Assembly: GCA_965249275.1 (NCBI GenBank)
Contig: CBDFLQ010000005.1
Coordinates: 195,030 to 259,029 of the forward strand
Origin: Dehalococcoidia bacterium
GTDB taxonomy: Bacteria > Chloroflexota > Dehalococcoidia > Plut-88900
Direction: 5' to 3'
Length of the DNA: 64,000 nt
How positions within the stretch are numbered: the stretch's first letter is position 1; the number at the start of each line of letters is the position of its first letter. The notes beneath the pieces are model-generated. The model was given only the letters and a program-made list of their open reading frames with translations. It did not search any database and was not told the DNA's origin. Shown one piece after another: positions 43,632-53,746 of this stretch. Position numbers and translations under genes: made by a program.

Positions 43632-44309
43632 ATGAAGAAAAAAGCCCTTCTGCTTATGGCGGCATTAGCCATGGTGGTGGTAATGTCCTGCTCTACGCGT
43701 TTGGGGGCCCAGGATCTACGGGTCCAGGCCTGTCAAAGCGCCGAGGCGCTTACGGACTTCGATGTGGAGTCAACGGTAACGAATTACGAGGACGGGAAGG
43801 TGGTCATGACAGCCACGGCTGTTCTCCAGGTCGATGCTCCTAACTGGCACAGAGTGGACTCCGACGAAGAGGGGGTTAAGCGAGGCGAGTTCCTGTTGTA
43901 TGAGGGCGACCTGTACTGGCAACAAGGAGATGAGGGGTGGACAAAAGTCGGAGATGAGTCCACCCAGGAAGGCCAGGACGAACTGCGCTTCCCCATCGGC
44001 CCTACCTCGATCTGCCCAACGCTGACTGCCTTCAGCTATGACGCTGACGAGAAACTGGGCGAGGAAACGAGCAAGCGGTTCTCCGCCCCATCACTAACCG
44101 GGCAGGAGTGGGGAGATGACGCCCCGACGAACTCCCCTTACCAGGCGAACTTTATCATCTGGATAGATTTCGATGGGTACATAGTCAAGTCGCAGTGGGA
44201 CTTTATTTACCCTTCCACCATGTGGGATGAGCCAACACCGGACCGCTACATCAGGGTTACCAGTGTGCATTCAGGGCACGGTGAACCCAACATCCTGCCG
44301 ACGCCATAA
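43632..44309 (+). CDS. hypothetical lipoprotein
   Basis: 225-aa ORF with signal peptide and lipobox MVVVMSCS. No family recognised. Confidence 0.5.
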   Translation: MKKKALLLMAALAMVVVMSCSTRLGAQDLRVQACQSAEALTDFDVESTVTNYEDGKVVMTATAVLQVDAPNWHRVDSDEEGVKRGEFLLYEGDLYWQQGDEGWTKVGDESTQEGQDELRFPIGPTSICPTLTAFSYDADEKLGEETSKRFSAPSLTGQEWGDDAPTNSPYQANFIIWIDFDGYIVKSQWDFIYPSTMWDEPTPDRYIRVTSVHSGHGEPNILPTP

Positions 44310-44311
44310 AG

Positions 44312-44602
44312 ATGGACAGGAAGTACATCTGGCCGTTGGTCCTGTTCGTAGCCCTACCTGCCGTAACGGCCTTGGCATTCCAAGTAATGGAGGTGGCCTT
44401 CTTTAGATCGCTGCTCAGAGATTTGCTGGGGATTCCACGATACCTTTACATTGAGTGGGTCTTTGCGCTCATCTTCATTGCCGTCTACCTGCGTCTGATC
44501 CTGAGGCCGCCCAGCCCGATATTCCGTCCACTTGCGGGCATTGGGCTGACCCTGCTGATAATCCGCACGGCATGGGCGGACACCCGGCCGGCCACACGAT
44601 AG
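44312..44602 (+). CDS. small hypothetical membrane protein
   Basis: 96-aa ORF with three hydrophobic segments, starting 3 nt after the upstream stop. Confidence 0.4.
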   Translation: MDRKYIWPLVLFVALPAVTALAFQVMEVAFFRSLLRDLLGIPRYLYIEWVFALIFIAVYLRLILRPPSPIFRPLAGIGLTLLIIRTAWADTRPATR

Positions 44603-44939
44603 ACTCCCGGACCCCAGTGTGGACACCGGCGCGGTCGGGGTGATCGGACTATCGTTGGAGAAGCGGGCTCCGCTCCGGGTTGCCCTAAGCGCCCTGGAAG
44701 ACCGAATCGCCGAGAACCTCTCTAGGCCGAACGGCCAATAAATGTCCGCGCCCGCCCTCCGTGCCACGACACTTCGGGCAGGGTCTTCGCGATGAAATTT
44801 CCCAGGGGGATATTGATAGTAGAATGCGACAGGCAAAGCTTTAGATTTGGGAAGGGAGGGCGCGAATATTTAACAGTTGGTTATGAAGTAACGAGGAGTC
44901 GTTAGCACTACACTGGCCTTTTGGCCGGACTATGAGGTA

Positions 44940-46391
44940 ATGAAATTGATTGATGGATCGAATCGGACTTTCCGGGGCGCCAAGAAACAAAGGATGGCCC
45001 TGGGTCTCCTAAGTATATTTCTAGTACTGGTCATGGTGGCCGCGGCCTGCGGAGAGGCGGCTACGCCAACCCCGGCGCCCCCAACGTCGGCCCCCGCTAC
45101 GGCGGTTCCCGCTACCGCAGTGCCTCCCACCTCGGCGCCCGACACTTCGGAGCCCGACACTTCGGAACCGGCCACCGCAATGCCCGAGCCCGCAGCGACA
45201 ACTGCGCCTGCCCCGGCAGCGACTGCCACGTCTCAGCCACCCACTGCCGTTCCCGAGCCGGAAATAACCCTCAGACCTATTTCTGAATGGACTCCGGAGA
45301 ACCCAGCGACCCTGGAGGAGATAGAAGCTGAATTAGAGAAGCGCAGAGGTGAGACCTTCACCTTCGTATCTGCAGGCGGTGCATACCAGGCGGCCGAAAG
45401 GCAGGCATGGCTGGACCCGTTGCGGGAGAAGTTCGGCCTTGTGATAATCGAGGATAGTCCAGAGCCGAGCGTAGCCCAAACGCGATCTAATGCGGAGACC
45501 GGCAACATCGTGTATGACATAATACCCATGGGCGGCGCCAACGCTGCTGCCCTTCTCAAAACCGATAGCTTGGGACAGTACGATCGGGCTATCGTGGATG
45601 ACAGAGATCTGCTGGACATCTTTACGGCACAGGGACCGTACCTTGCTGGCGGAGCGATCACCTGGTCTACAGTTCTTGCCTATAACACGGATGTCTACCC
45701 TGGGGATACCGGACCCAAGAGTTGGGCCGACTTCTTTGATCTGGAGCGATTCCCCGGCCGTCGCGCTCTGCGGAATGCGGTCGCCTACGGGGGACAGTTG
45801 CAGATCCAGAGACTGGCCCGAGAACCCGAGTTGCTGAGCGGCCAAGAAGGAAGGCGGTCGGTCGCTACACCTACTCAGGAGGAGATGATAGAAGACTTCG
45901 CATGGTTTGACGAATGGACCGATGAGGCAGGAAGCGACATCGTTTACTGGTCATTGGGCTCTGAGTGCCCCGAGTTTCTAATAGCCGGTGAAGTTGACAT
46001 GTGCTCCGCCTGGAACGGCAGAATATTCGATGCCGCCCAGACGGGGGCGCCCATAGCGGTCTGCTGGGAGTGCGGATTCATGACGGGGATTTCCGCCTAT
46101 ACAGTAGCGAAGGGCCTCAAAGAGCAGGACCCGGAGCGGTACGAGCTAGTCAACTTAGTTATCGCCTGGATCACGTTCCCCGAAAACAACGTGAGAATAT
46201 CCCAGTTCATCACCTACGGTCCCGGTAACAGGAAATCATTCGCATTCATGGATGACCCGGCCTACGATCTAGTCCGGGACGAGCTGCCCACCTCGGGTTC
46301 AAACATCTCGTACGCCATACTATGGGATGAGACCTGGTTCGCAGCCAACTCGGACTGGGCCAGCGAACAGTTCGAACAAGCGATCCAATAG
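44940..46391 (+). CDS. ABC-transporter periplasmic substrate-binding lipoprotein (PotD/polyamine-type family), orphan
   Basis: 483-aa ORF with signal/lipobox LVMVAAAC, a Pro/Ala/Thr linker and an SBP_bac_1/8-like body. No permease or ATPase gene is adjacent. Confidence 0.7.
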   Translation: MKLIDGSNRTFRGAKKQRMALGLLSIFLVLVMVAAACGEAATPTPAPPTSAPATAVPATAVPPTSAPDTSEPDTSEPATAMPEPAATTAPAPAATATSQPPTAVPEPEITLRPISEWTPENPATLEEIEAELEKRRGETFTFVSAGGAYQAAERQAWLDPLREKFGLVIIEDSPEPSVAQTRSNAETGNIVYDIIPMGGANAAALLKTDSLGQYDRAIVDDRDLLDIFTAQGPYLAGGAITWSTVLAYNTDVYPGDTGPKSWADFFDLERFPGRRALRNAVAYGGQLQIQRLAREPELLSGQEGRRSVATPTQEEMIEDFAWFDEWTDEAGSDIVYWSLGSECPEFLIAGEVDMCSAWNGRIFDAAQTGAPIAVCWECGFMTGISAYTVAKGLKEQDPERYELVNLVIAWITFPENNVRISQFITYGPGNRKSFAFMDDPAYDLVRDELPTSGSNISYAILWDETWFAANSDWASEQFEQAIQ

Positions 46392-46466
46392 TGGGAGTGT
46401 GCCGGGGGCCAAGGACCGCGGCCTTTAGCTAACAGCATCCCGTAACGGCCTGCACATACAAATGAG

Positions 46467-46498
46467 GCCCCCGGCCCTGAACATTCAGGGTCGGGGGC
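46467..46498. terminator. hairpin between convergent genes (likely bidirectional terminator)
   Basis: GCCCCCGGCCCTGA-ACAT-TCAGGGTCGGGGGC, a 14-bp stem with one G-T pair, followed by TTCAGCTTTA. Confidence 0.6.
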
Positions 46499-46626
46499 TT
46501 CAGCTTTATCCCGGGTTGATCAAGAGTTCCCTAGAGGGGCTCTTGGACTGGTCCACTTGCGGTTGCTTTGTGGGCAACCCTCTCCCCTGGCCGGGTGAGA
46601 AGGAGCAATAAGAACAATTGGGGAGT

Positions 46627-47361
46627 CTATTTGCCTTTGCGCCGTAGCTCGCTGGAAGGGCACTGGTCCTCCAGGACACACAAGTCGCAAAGGGGCCTCT
46701 GCGCCTTACATACCTGCCTGCCGTGAGCGATGATGTAGATGTGCGCCCCGAGTACGTCATCGGGCGGGACCTTAGCCTCCAGAATGTCATGGGCGTCGTC
46801 CGCCGACACTTTGGCCCCGATCAGATTCAGCCGTTTCGCCACCCTGTGGACGTGGGTGTCGACGATCATCGCAGGCATGCCGAGGGAGAAGAGCAGAACA
46901 CACCCCACCGTCTTGGGCCCGACCCCCGGCAGTTCCAGCAGCCACTTCTTCGCCTCTGCCAGCGGCATTTCGGCCAGGAAGGAGAGGTCCCAGGAGCCGT
47001 TTCGCTCAAGCACAGCAGAAAGAATTTCCTGGAGTCTCGGGGCCTTGACCTTGGCCAGCCCTCCTATCCTGATCGAGTCGGCTAGCGCCTCGATGTCGGC
47101 ATTCAGCACGTCCTCCCAGGTCGGGAAGGTCTCCGTCAGCTTGGCAAAGGCCCGGTAGGAGTTGATGTCCGAGGTGTGCTGGGAAAGTACAGTGAAAATG
47201 AGCTCCGACAACGGGTCGTAGGGGCGAGGAGCGGTAGGCGGGCCATAGACGGGGCCCAGCCTCGCCATCAGCTCTGCAATTGGGATGTGCTTTACGGTGC
47301 GGCCCCTCAAGGGGGATGGTCTGCGGCGTCGGGCCGGGGGCTTGGTCTTTGGTGTAGGCAT
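46627..47361 (-). CDS. nth: endonuclease III
   Basis: 244-aa ORF with HhH-GPD region LLELPGVGPKTVGCVLLF...VDTHVHRV and a 4Fe-4S cluster motif CKAQRPLCDLCVLEDQC. Confidence 0.9.
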   Translation of the reverse strand: MPTPKTKPPARRRRPSPLRGRTVKHIPIAELMARLGPVYGPPTAPRPYDPLSELIFTVLSQHTSDINSYRAFAKLTETFPTWEDVLNADIEALADSIRIGGLAKVKAPRLQEILSAVLERNGSWDLSFLAEMPLAEAKKWLLELPGVGPKTVGCVLLFSLGMPAMIVDTHVHRVAKRLNLIGAKVSADDAHDILEAKVPPDDVLGAHIYIIAHGRQVCKAQRPLCDLCVLEDQCPSSELRRKGK

Positions 47362-47893
47362 ATGTCAACAAACCTGGACTATAGTCCACTCTATTCTACC
47401 GCTTGAGCGTTGGACTATCGAAGCATTACTAAAGGGTAGGCAGTCGCGATGCAGGTCGTCAAAGCTAATGGAACCAAGCCCCCTCGGCTAGTTCAAGCTT
47501 ATCGCTGACTCTGCAGCGTTCGCCTGCGACCTCCTCCCACCGTCATTCCCGACCACGATCGGGAATCCAGGGTCGGGAGTCCGCCAAAATACGAACGGAC
47601 AATAGGCCAATTGTGACATGGGCCTATTGCCTCGACCCCACACCACCACCCTATAATGGCGTATGTCCTTCCTCTTCCTTATCACTGTACCCTCCACCCA
47701 AGGGAACCGCGGAAAGTTTTCCCTCATATCAATCAAACAGGCACGGTTTTTTGATAGTCTCAATCAAATGCCCTATTTATGACAAGCAACTGCTCCCGTT
47801 CATCGAACGCTTACATCCTCTGGTCTAGAAACCCCAGACCCTGTTAAACTGCCTTTCCTGTCATTTGAAGTTCGACCCTCCGGAGGGAGCCCC

Positions 47894-49261
47894 ATGCCCG
47901 ACCTGCGTGACCAGATATCCGAAGCCCTGAAGGGTCACGGCGCCGACTACGTGGAGGTCCGTATAGAGGAAGGGGAGTCGACACGGCTGCTGTATAGGGG
48001 CAGAGAGCTGGAAGACGTGGGCATGACCACCAGCCTGGGAGGAAACGTCCGGGCGCTGGTGAACGGAGGATGGGGGTTCGTCAGCTTCAACAATATCGAA
48101 GGTCTGAAAGATCGGGTGGAGAACGCGGTGCGGCAGGCAAGGCTGGTCGGGCACGAGAAGAGCGAGTTGGCAGGCGTCGACCCCATCGTTGACATCGTTG
48201 GACCACAATTGGATAAAGACCCTCGCTCCTTGACACTGGCTCAGAAGAAAGACCTGATGGACCAGTACAACGGCATCATGTGGGAGGTTGAGGGCATACA
48301 GACAACGCTGATAGGGTACGGGGACGGCCACAAGCGGGTAGTCTTCGCCAGTTCGGAAGGTACCTACATAGAGCAGCAGAGAGTCGACGTGAGCCTGCGA
48401 TTGTCGGCTACGGCACGGGACGGGGCGGAAGTGCAGCAGGCCGGCGTCAGTCTGGGCAGCAACGGTAACTTCTCCGTGGTGGAAGGACTTCACCAGCAGT
48501 CCCGTGACATAGCAGAGAAGGCAGTGAGCCTGCTATCGGCGCCCAAGGTCCGAGGCGGCGAGTACACCGTAATCCTCGACCCCGTACTGGCTGGGGTTTT
48601 CACCCACGAGGCCTTTGGCCACCTCTCCGAGTCTGACCACGTCTACGAGAACGACCGGCTCAAAGAGGTAATGGTCCTCGGGCGGCAGTTCGGGGGCGAA
48701 CACCTGAACATAGTGGATGGGGCTGCCGTCCCGGGCCTGAGGGGCAGCTATAAGTACGATGACGAGGGCGTCCCTGCAACTCGGTCGTACCTGATCAAGG
48801 AGGGGGAACTGGTGGGTCGGCTCCACTCCCGGGAGACGGCGGGCAAGATGGGCGAGCCCCTCTCCGGCAACGCCCGTGCCATCGACTTCAGATTCGAACC
48901 CATAGTTCGAATGACAAACACGTTCATCGAGCCCGGCTCCACAACGTTCGAAGAGATGATCTCCGACGTGAAAGAGGGCGTGTATGCCTGCGACTGGTAT
49001 GGCGGCATGACCAGCATGGAGATGTTCACCTTCTCAGCCCGGGAGGCGTATATGATCCGGGATGGGAAAGTCGCCGAGCTTTTACGCCCTGTGACCCTTT
49101 CTGGCAACGTCTTCGAGACCCTTAAGAACCTGGACGCTGTAGGCAACGACTTGGACATGAACCAGGGCGGCGGCTGTGGAAAGGGCGGGCAATCACCGTT
49201 GCCGGTGTCGAACGGCAGCCCACACATACGAATAGCAAAATGCCTGGTTGGAGGCGCGTAG
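47894..49261 (+). CDS. tldD: TldD/PmbA-family metalloprotease (TldD-like)
   Basis: 455-aa ORF with HEAFGHLSE metal motif and C-terminal GGGCGKGGQSPLPVSNGSPHIRI. Confidence 0.8.
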   Translation: MPDLRDQISEALKGHGADYVEVRIEEGESTRLLYRGRELEDVGMTTSLGGNVRALVNGGWGFVSFNNIEGLKDRVENAVRQARLVGHEKSELAGVDPIVDIVGPQLDKDPRSLTLAQKKDLMDQYNGIMWEVEGIQTTLIGYGDGHKRVVFASSEGTYIEQQRVDVSLRLSATARDGAEVQQAGVSLGSNGNFSVVEGLHQQSRDIAEKAVSLLSAPKVRGGEYTVILDPVLAGVFTHEAFGHLSESDHVYENDRLKEVMVLGRQFGGEHLNIVDGAAVPGLRGSYKYDDEGVPATRSYLIKEGELVGRLHSRETAGKMGEPLSGNARAIDFRFEPIVRMTNTFIEPGSTTFEEMISDVKEGVYACDWYGGMTSMEMFTFSAREAYMIRDGKVAELLRPVTLSGNVFETLKNLDAVGNDLDMNQGGGCGKGGQSPLPVSNGSPHIRIAKCLVGGA

Positions 49262-50569
49262 TTGGAAGAGATTTTAAAGGCGGCCCTTAAGGTCGCAGAC
49301 GCCGCTGACCTGTTCTGGGTGGAGAGCCGCTCCACCCCCGTAGCTTTCGAATCGAACCGTCTGAAGCATCTCCAGACCAAAGAGTCCCGGGGAGTGGGGC
49401 TGAGGATTATCAAGGACGGTCGCATCGGCTTCTCCGCCACCAACCGGATGGAGGACGTCGACGGCATAGTAGGCAGGGCCTTGGAGGTATCTCCCTATGG
49501 CGCCAGGGCTGAATTCAGCCTACCCACAACTGCCGAGCACCCCCAGGTTCCGACCTACGACCCCGAAGTTCCGCAGGTATCCATCGAGAAGATGGTCGAA
49601 CTGTCTCAGGCCATGGTGGAGGGCGTCCTTGCCGACCATCCGGACGTGCTGTGTGACGCGGGCGTCTCGCAGTCTGTGGTCAAAGTGAGGATACTGAACA
49701 GCAAGGGGCTGGACGCTTCATACGAGAAGACGGTTTTCTCCCTGGGATTGGGAGGCACCCTCGTGCGGGGCACTGACATGCTCTTCGTCGGAGACGGAGA
49801 GAGTTCATGCCGGCCCATAACTGACGCCTCGGAGATCGTGGCCCGCGTCACGGGCCAGCTGGACCAGGCTCATGATATGGCCGAGGTCACCACGGGCAGC
49901 TTCCCAGTGGTATTCACCCCCGACGCAGTCGCCGGTCTGCTCCTATCTCCCCTCCTGGTTGGCTTCAACGGGAAGACCGTGCTGCAGGGCTCTTCCCCAC
50001 TCGTGGGAAGGCTCGGCGAAAAGATTATCGATGAGCGTTTCTCCCTATATGACGACGGCACTATCGCCTACCGCCCCGGGAGCCGTCCCTGGGACGATGA
50101 GGGGATACCCACCAGGATAACGCCCCTAATCGAGCATGGTGTAGCCCGAAACTTCATCTACGACCTCAAGACGGCTGCCCAGGCGGGAGCAGAGTCCACG
50201 GGGAACGCTTCCCGCGGTGCGGGGTCACTTCCTTCCCCTTCCACGAGCGTTATTTCCATCGCCGAAGGCGACATGTCCTTCGAAGACATGGTCGCAGACA
50301 TGAAAGAGGGCCTCGTCGTCGAGCGGTTCCTGGGCGCTGGGCAGACCAACATATTGGCCGGCGATTTCAGTGGCAACGTCCTGCTGGGCTATAAAGTTGA
50401 AAACGGGCGCATGGTGGGCCGAGTTAAGAACAGTATGCTCTCCGGCAACGTATACGAAACGCTCAACAACCTGATAGCTATCGGCAGCGAGGCGAGGTGG
50501 CGGGGTGGCTCACTCCGGACACCACACCTCTATTGCAGTAACGTATCGGTGGCCAAGACGGAAGGGTAG
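49262..50569 (+). CDS. pmbA: TldD/PmbA-family protein (PmbA-like partner)
   Basis: 435-aa ORF directly abutting tldD (TTG start), collinear with the PmbA family (...GNASRGAGSLPSPS...). Confidence 0.7.
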   Translation: MEEILKAALKVADAADLFWVESRSTPVAFESNRLKHLQTKESRGVGLRIIKDGRIGFSATNRMEDVDGIVGRALEVSPYGARAEFSLPTTAEHPQVPTYDPEVPQVSIEKMVELSQAMVEGVLADHPDVLCDAGVSQSVVKVRILNSKGLDASYEKTVFSLGLGGTLVRGTDMLFVGDGESSCRPITDASEIVARVTGQLDQAHDMAEVTTGSFPVVFTPDAVAGLLLSPLLVGFNGKTVLQGSSPLVGRLGEKIIDERFSLYDDGTIAYRPGSRPWDDEGIPTRITPLIEHGVARNFIYDLKTAAQAGAESTGNASRGAGSLPSPSTSVISIAEGDMSFEDMVADMKEGLVVERFLGAGQTNILAGDFSGNVLLGYKVENGRMVGRVKNSMLSGNVYETLNNLIAIGSEARWRGGSLRTPHLYCSNVSVAKTEG

Positions 50570-50666
50570 ACGCAAGAAACGAATCAATACAGTTCTGCAA
50601 ATAATTGACCACAATATGCGGCATACCTAAAATCTAGTCAGGAGTAGACCTACGAGCAACGAATCC

Positions 50667-51092
50667 ATGAAGATCGCCTACCCGGTTTCCGCCGGGGGTG
50701 TCGTCTATCGGCAGAACGGGGATGGGGTTCAGATCGCACTATGTGGGCATGTCCGCCCCACCAGTTGGCGATTGCCCAAGGGTACCCCGGACCCCGGTGA
50801 GACCCGGGAAGAGACGGCCCTGCGGGAGACGCGGGAAGAGACCGGCCTTGAAGTTGCAATAGAAGAACAGCTGGGGAGCGTAACCTACTGGTTCGTGGCC
50901 TCCGGTGTTCGAAATCACAAGACCGTCCATTTCTATCTGATGCGGGCCACAGGAGGGTCGACGGACCTGCACGATCCCGAGTTTGACGTCGTAAGGTGGT
51001 TCGACTCAGATGAAGCACAGAAGGCGTTGACTTACAAGAACGAAGAGAAAGTAGTGGCCGAGGCGCTCGGCAAGATCAGGGACCGGCAGTGA
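50667..51092 (+). CDS. NUDIX hydrolase
   Basis: Nudix box GTPDPGETREETALRETREETGLEV. Confidence 0.85.
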   Translation: MKIAYPVSAGGVVYRQNGDGVQIALCGHVRPTSWRLPKGTPDPGETREETALRETREETGLEVAIEEQLGSVTYWFVASGVRNHKTVHFYLMRATGGSTDLHDPEFDVVRWFDSDEAQKALTYKNEEKVVAEALGKIRDRQ

Positions 51093-51670
51093 TATTACGC
51101 GGCGACAAGGTGGTGCTTAGGGAGAAGAGGCTGGAAGACGCCTACCAAGACTACCTCTGGCGCACCGATGATGAGCTGGCCCGCCTGGACGCCACGCTGC
51201 CTTTACAGACTCGCTTCACCAGCTACAGGGCTTTCTACACCGACGAGTTGCAGTTTCCACAGCCCTTCAAGTACAAGTTCGCAATCGACAGCCTGAAGGG
51301 CAGACATATAGGCAACTGCATGTACTATGACCTTGATCCTGACAGGGCCCAGGCCGAGGTGGGCATCATGATCGGGGACAAGGACTATTGGGGGCATGGC
51401 TACGGCGCCGACGCCGTTCGCATACTGGTCAAGTACCTGTTCAACGTGGAGGGCTTGAGGACCGTATATCTTCACACGCTGGAATGGAACGTGAGAGCGC
51501 AGCGCTCCTTCGAAAAGTGCGGGTTCATGGCCCGGGACAAGGTTAGGAGAGACGGCAAGACCTTCATCTTCATGGAGCTATCCAGGGCCAGGTGGGAGAG
51601 GCTCCCGATTTTGATTAACGGGCAGGCTGAGGCTGAGCCGTACTCAGTGGTCCGGGAACCTCATTCCTGA
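51089..51670 (+). CDS. GNAT-family N-acetyltransferase (RimJ/RimL-like)
   Basis: 193-aa ORF with GIMIGDKDYWGHGYGADAVRILVKYLF acetyl-CoA-binding region. 4-nt overlap with the upstream gene. Confidence 0.75.
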   Translation: MILRGDKVVLREKRLEDAYQDYLWRTDDELARLDATLPLQTRFTSYRAFYTDELQFPQPFKYKFAIDSLKGRHIGNCMYYDLDPDRAQAEVGIMIGDKDYWGHGYGADAVRILVKYLFNVEGLRTVYLHTLEWNVRAQRSFEKCGFMARDKVRRDGKTFIFMELSRARWERLPILINGQAEAEPYSVVREPHS

Positions 51671-51698
51671 TTTAGCCCAAAAACAGGTTAAAAAACGA

Positions 51699-51728
51699 GG
51701 GGCCGCCGGTTATCTAACCGGCGGCCCC
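51699..51728. terminator. bidirectional intrinsic terminator
   Basis: GGGGCCGCCGGTT-ATCT-AACCGGCGGCCCC, flanked by AAAAAAC upstream and TTAGTTTT downstream, between convergent genes. Confidence 0.8.
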
Positions 51729-51762
51729 TTAGTTTTCATTCGGGGCTTTATGGATACGAAGC

Positions 51763-52686
51763 CTACTTCCTGGGAGGCTGGGGTGGGCCGGGGTTAACCA
51801 GGTCCTCACCGATGGCTACCGGGAACTCACGAGCGATCTCGTCGAAAGTCCAGCGGCCCGACTGCTTGTACAGGTCTTTCACCTCGTCGGGGTGGCTCAT
51901 CAGGCCAACGAATCCACCAGCAACGTGGAGGATTTCGCCATTGAAGTTCTGGGCCTGGTCGGTGCAGAGGAAGGCCACTGCTGGAGCTACGCCCTCGGGC
52001 GGGTCCAGCCTCTCGTCTTCGGCACCGCCCTGACCTGCTGCGGCGCGGATCTCTCGAGCTTTTCTGACCTCTTCGGTCAGCGTCATTCGGGTGGCGGCTG
52101 AGGGAGAGATTCCGTTGCAGGTGACGCCGTACTTGCCCAGGTCCTGGGATACGCAGCGCACTATACCGGCAATTCCATCCTTGGCCGCGCCGTAGTTGGC
52201 CTGCCCGGAGTTACCGAACAGCCCCGACGTGGAGCTGAAGCAGACTATGCGTCCGCCTCTCTGCTGTCTCATCAAAATGGATGCGTGCTTTATGCACGTA
52301 AAGGTCCCCTTCAGGTGGACGGCTATAACGTCGTCCCATTCCTGCTCTGTCATGTTGAAAACCATCCGGTCCCTGAGGATTCCAGCCACGCAGACCAGGA
52401 TGTCGACCTTGCCGAAGTTGTCGACGCAGGTCTGGATGATGCTCTCGCCGCCTTCCATGGTGGCGACGGAATCGTAGCAGGCGACGGCCTCGCCACCGTT
52501 CTTCTTAATCTCAGCGACGACCTCGTCTGCAGGGCTCTGGGAGGCCCCAGACCCGTCAACCTCGCCGCCAAGGTCATTCACTACTACCTTGGCGCCTTCT
52601 GCGGCCAGAAGCAGCGCAATGCCACGGCCAATACCGCGGCCCGAGCCGGTTACGACGGCCGCTTTCCCTTTAAGTGTGTCTGTCAT
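51763..52686 (-). CDS. short-chain dehydrogenase/reductase (MFE-2-type hydroxyacyl-CoA dehydrogenase-like), paralog 1
   Basis: TGSGRGIGRG cofactor motif and catalytic YGAAK. 307 aa. Confidence 0.8.
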   Translation of the reverse strand: MTDTLKGKAAVVTGSGRGIGRGIALLLAAEGAKVVVNDLGGEVDGSGASQSPADEVVAEIKKNGGEAVACYDSVATMEGGESIIQTCVDNFGKVDILVCVAGILRDRMVFNMTEQEWDDVIAVHLKGTFTCIKHASILMRQQRGGRIVCFSSTSGLFGNSGQANYGAAKDGIAGIVRCVSQDLGKYGVTCNGISPSAATRMTLTEEVRKAREIRAAAGQGGAEDERLDPPEGVAPAVAFLCTDQAQNFNGEILHVAGGFVGLMSHPDEVKDLYKQSGRWTFDEIAREFPVAIGEDLVNPGPPQPPRK

Positions 52687-52723
52687 TCCGTTCTCCCTGA
52701 TGTTCTAGAATTTAGCGTCCGTC

Positions 52724-53638
52724 CTACGAGGCTTTCCCTACGTACTGGTTCTTCACCTTCTTACCGAAGGAATTGGGGATAGCCTCCAGAAGCTCGTCGA
52801 CGCTCCAGAGTCCATCCTTGGAAATTGCTCCGATGATTCTCGGCTGGGAGACCAGGGAGATCAGCCTGCCCCTGACGGAGAAGGTCTGACCGTTGACGTT
52901 GGCCGCCTTGTCGCTGGCGAGGTAGCAGAGGAAGGGAGCTATGTCCTCGGGATCCTGGGGCTCGTCGGAGAACTCTTCGGGGAGGCCTGCGGCCTGGCGG
53001 ATTTCCCGGGCTTTACGCACTTCTTCGGTCAGAGTCATGCGGGTGTCGGCGGACGGGAGTATGGAGTTGGCAGTCACGCCGTACTTGCCCAAGTCCCGGG
53101 CCACGACCTTGGTCAGACCGGCGATGCCGGACTTGGCCGCACCGTAGTTGGTCTGGCCGGTAGTGCCCATAACACCACTGCTGGACGAGAAGGTGATGAT
53201 CCTTCCGCCGCGTTGCTGCCTCATCAGAATCGATGCGTGCTTCACGCACGTGAAGGTACCCTTCAGGTGAACGGCTATGACGTCGTCCCATTCCTGTTCG
53301 GTCATGTTAAAGACCATACGATCTCTAAGGATTCCGGCGACGGTAACCAGAATGTCGATCTTTCCGAAGTTGTCGACGCAACTCTGGATGATGTGCTCGC
53401 CGCCTTCCATCGTGGCAACGGTGTCGTAGCAAGCGATGGCGTTGCCGCCTGCTGCCTTTATCTCATTGACGACTTCATCGGCAGGGCCTTGGTCTCCGCC
53501 GGAGCCGTCAAGGGCTGCGCCGAGGTCCGCGACCACTACGCTAGCGCCGTGGGCTGCCAACGCTTTGGCTACACCGCGGCCGATACCCCTTCCACCACCA
53601 GTCACCACCGCTGCTTTTCCTTCTAAAGGTTGGGCCAT
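52724..53638 (-). CDS. short-chain dehydrogenase/reductase, paralog 2
   Basis: TGGGRGIGRG and YGAAK, collinear with 51763-52686. Confidence 0.8.
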   Translation of the reverse strand: MAQPLEGKAAVVTGGGRGIGRGVAKALAAHGASVVVADLGAALDGSGGDQGPADEVVNEIKAAGGNAIACYDTVATMEGGEHIIQSCVDNFGKIDILVTVAGILRDRMVFNMTEQEWDDVIAVHLKGTFTCVKHASILMRQQRGGRIITFSSSSGVMGTTGQTNYGAAKSGIAGLTKVVARDLGKYGVTANSILPSADTRMTLTEEVRKAREIRQAAGLPEEFSDEPQDPEDIAPFLCYLASDKAANVNGQTFSVRGRLISLVSQPRIIGAISKDGLWSVDELLEAIPNSFGKKVKNQYVGKAS

Positions 53639-53746
53639 ATTTTCCTCCTGCTCCCCATTCAGGGGCGGCCTGACGGCCGGTTTGGATCTATCTCTACTTA
53701 TTTAATCCGATTCATAATTCGGGGTCGGGTATAAACCCGGTGCGCT

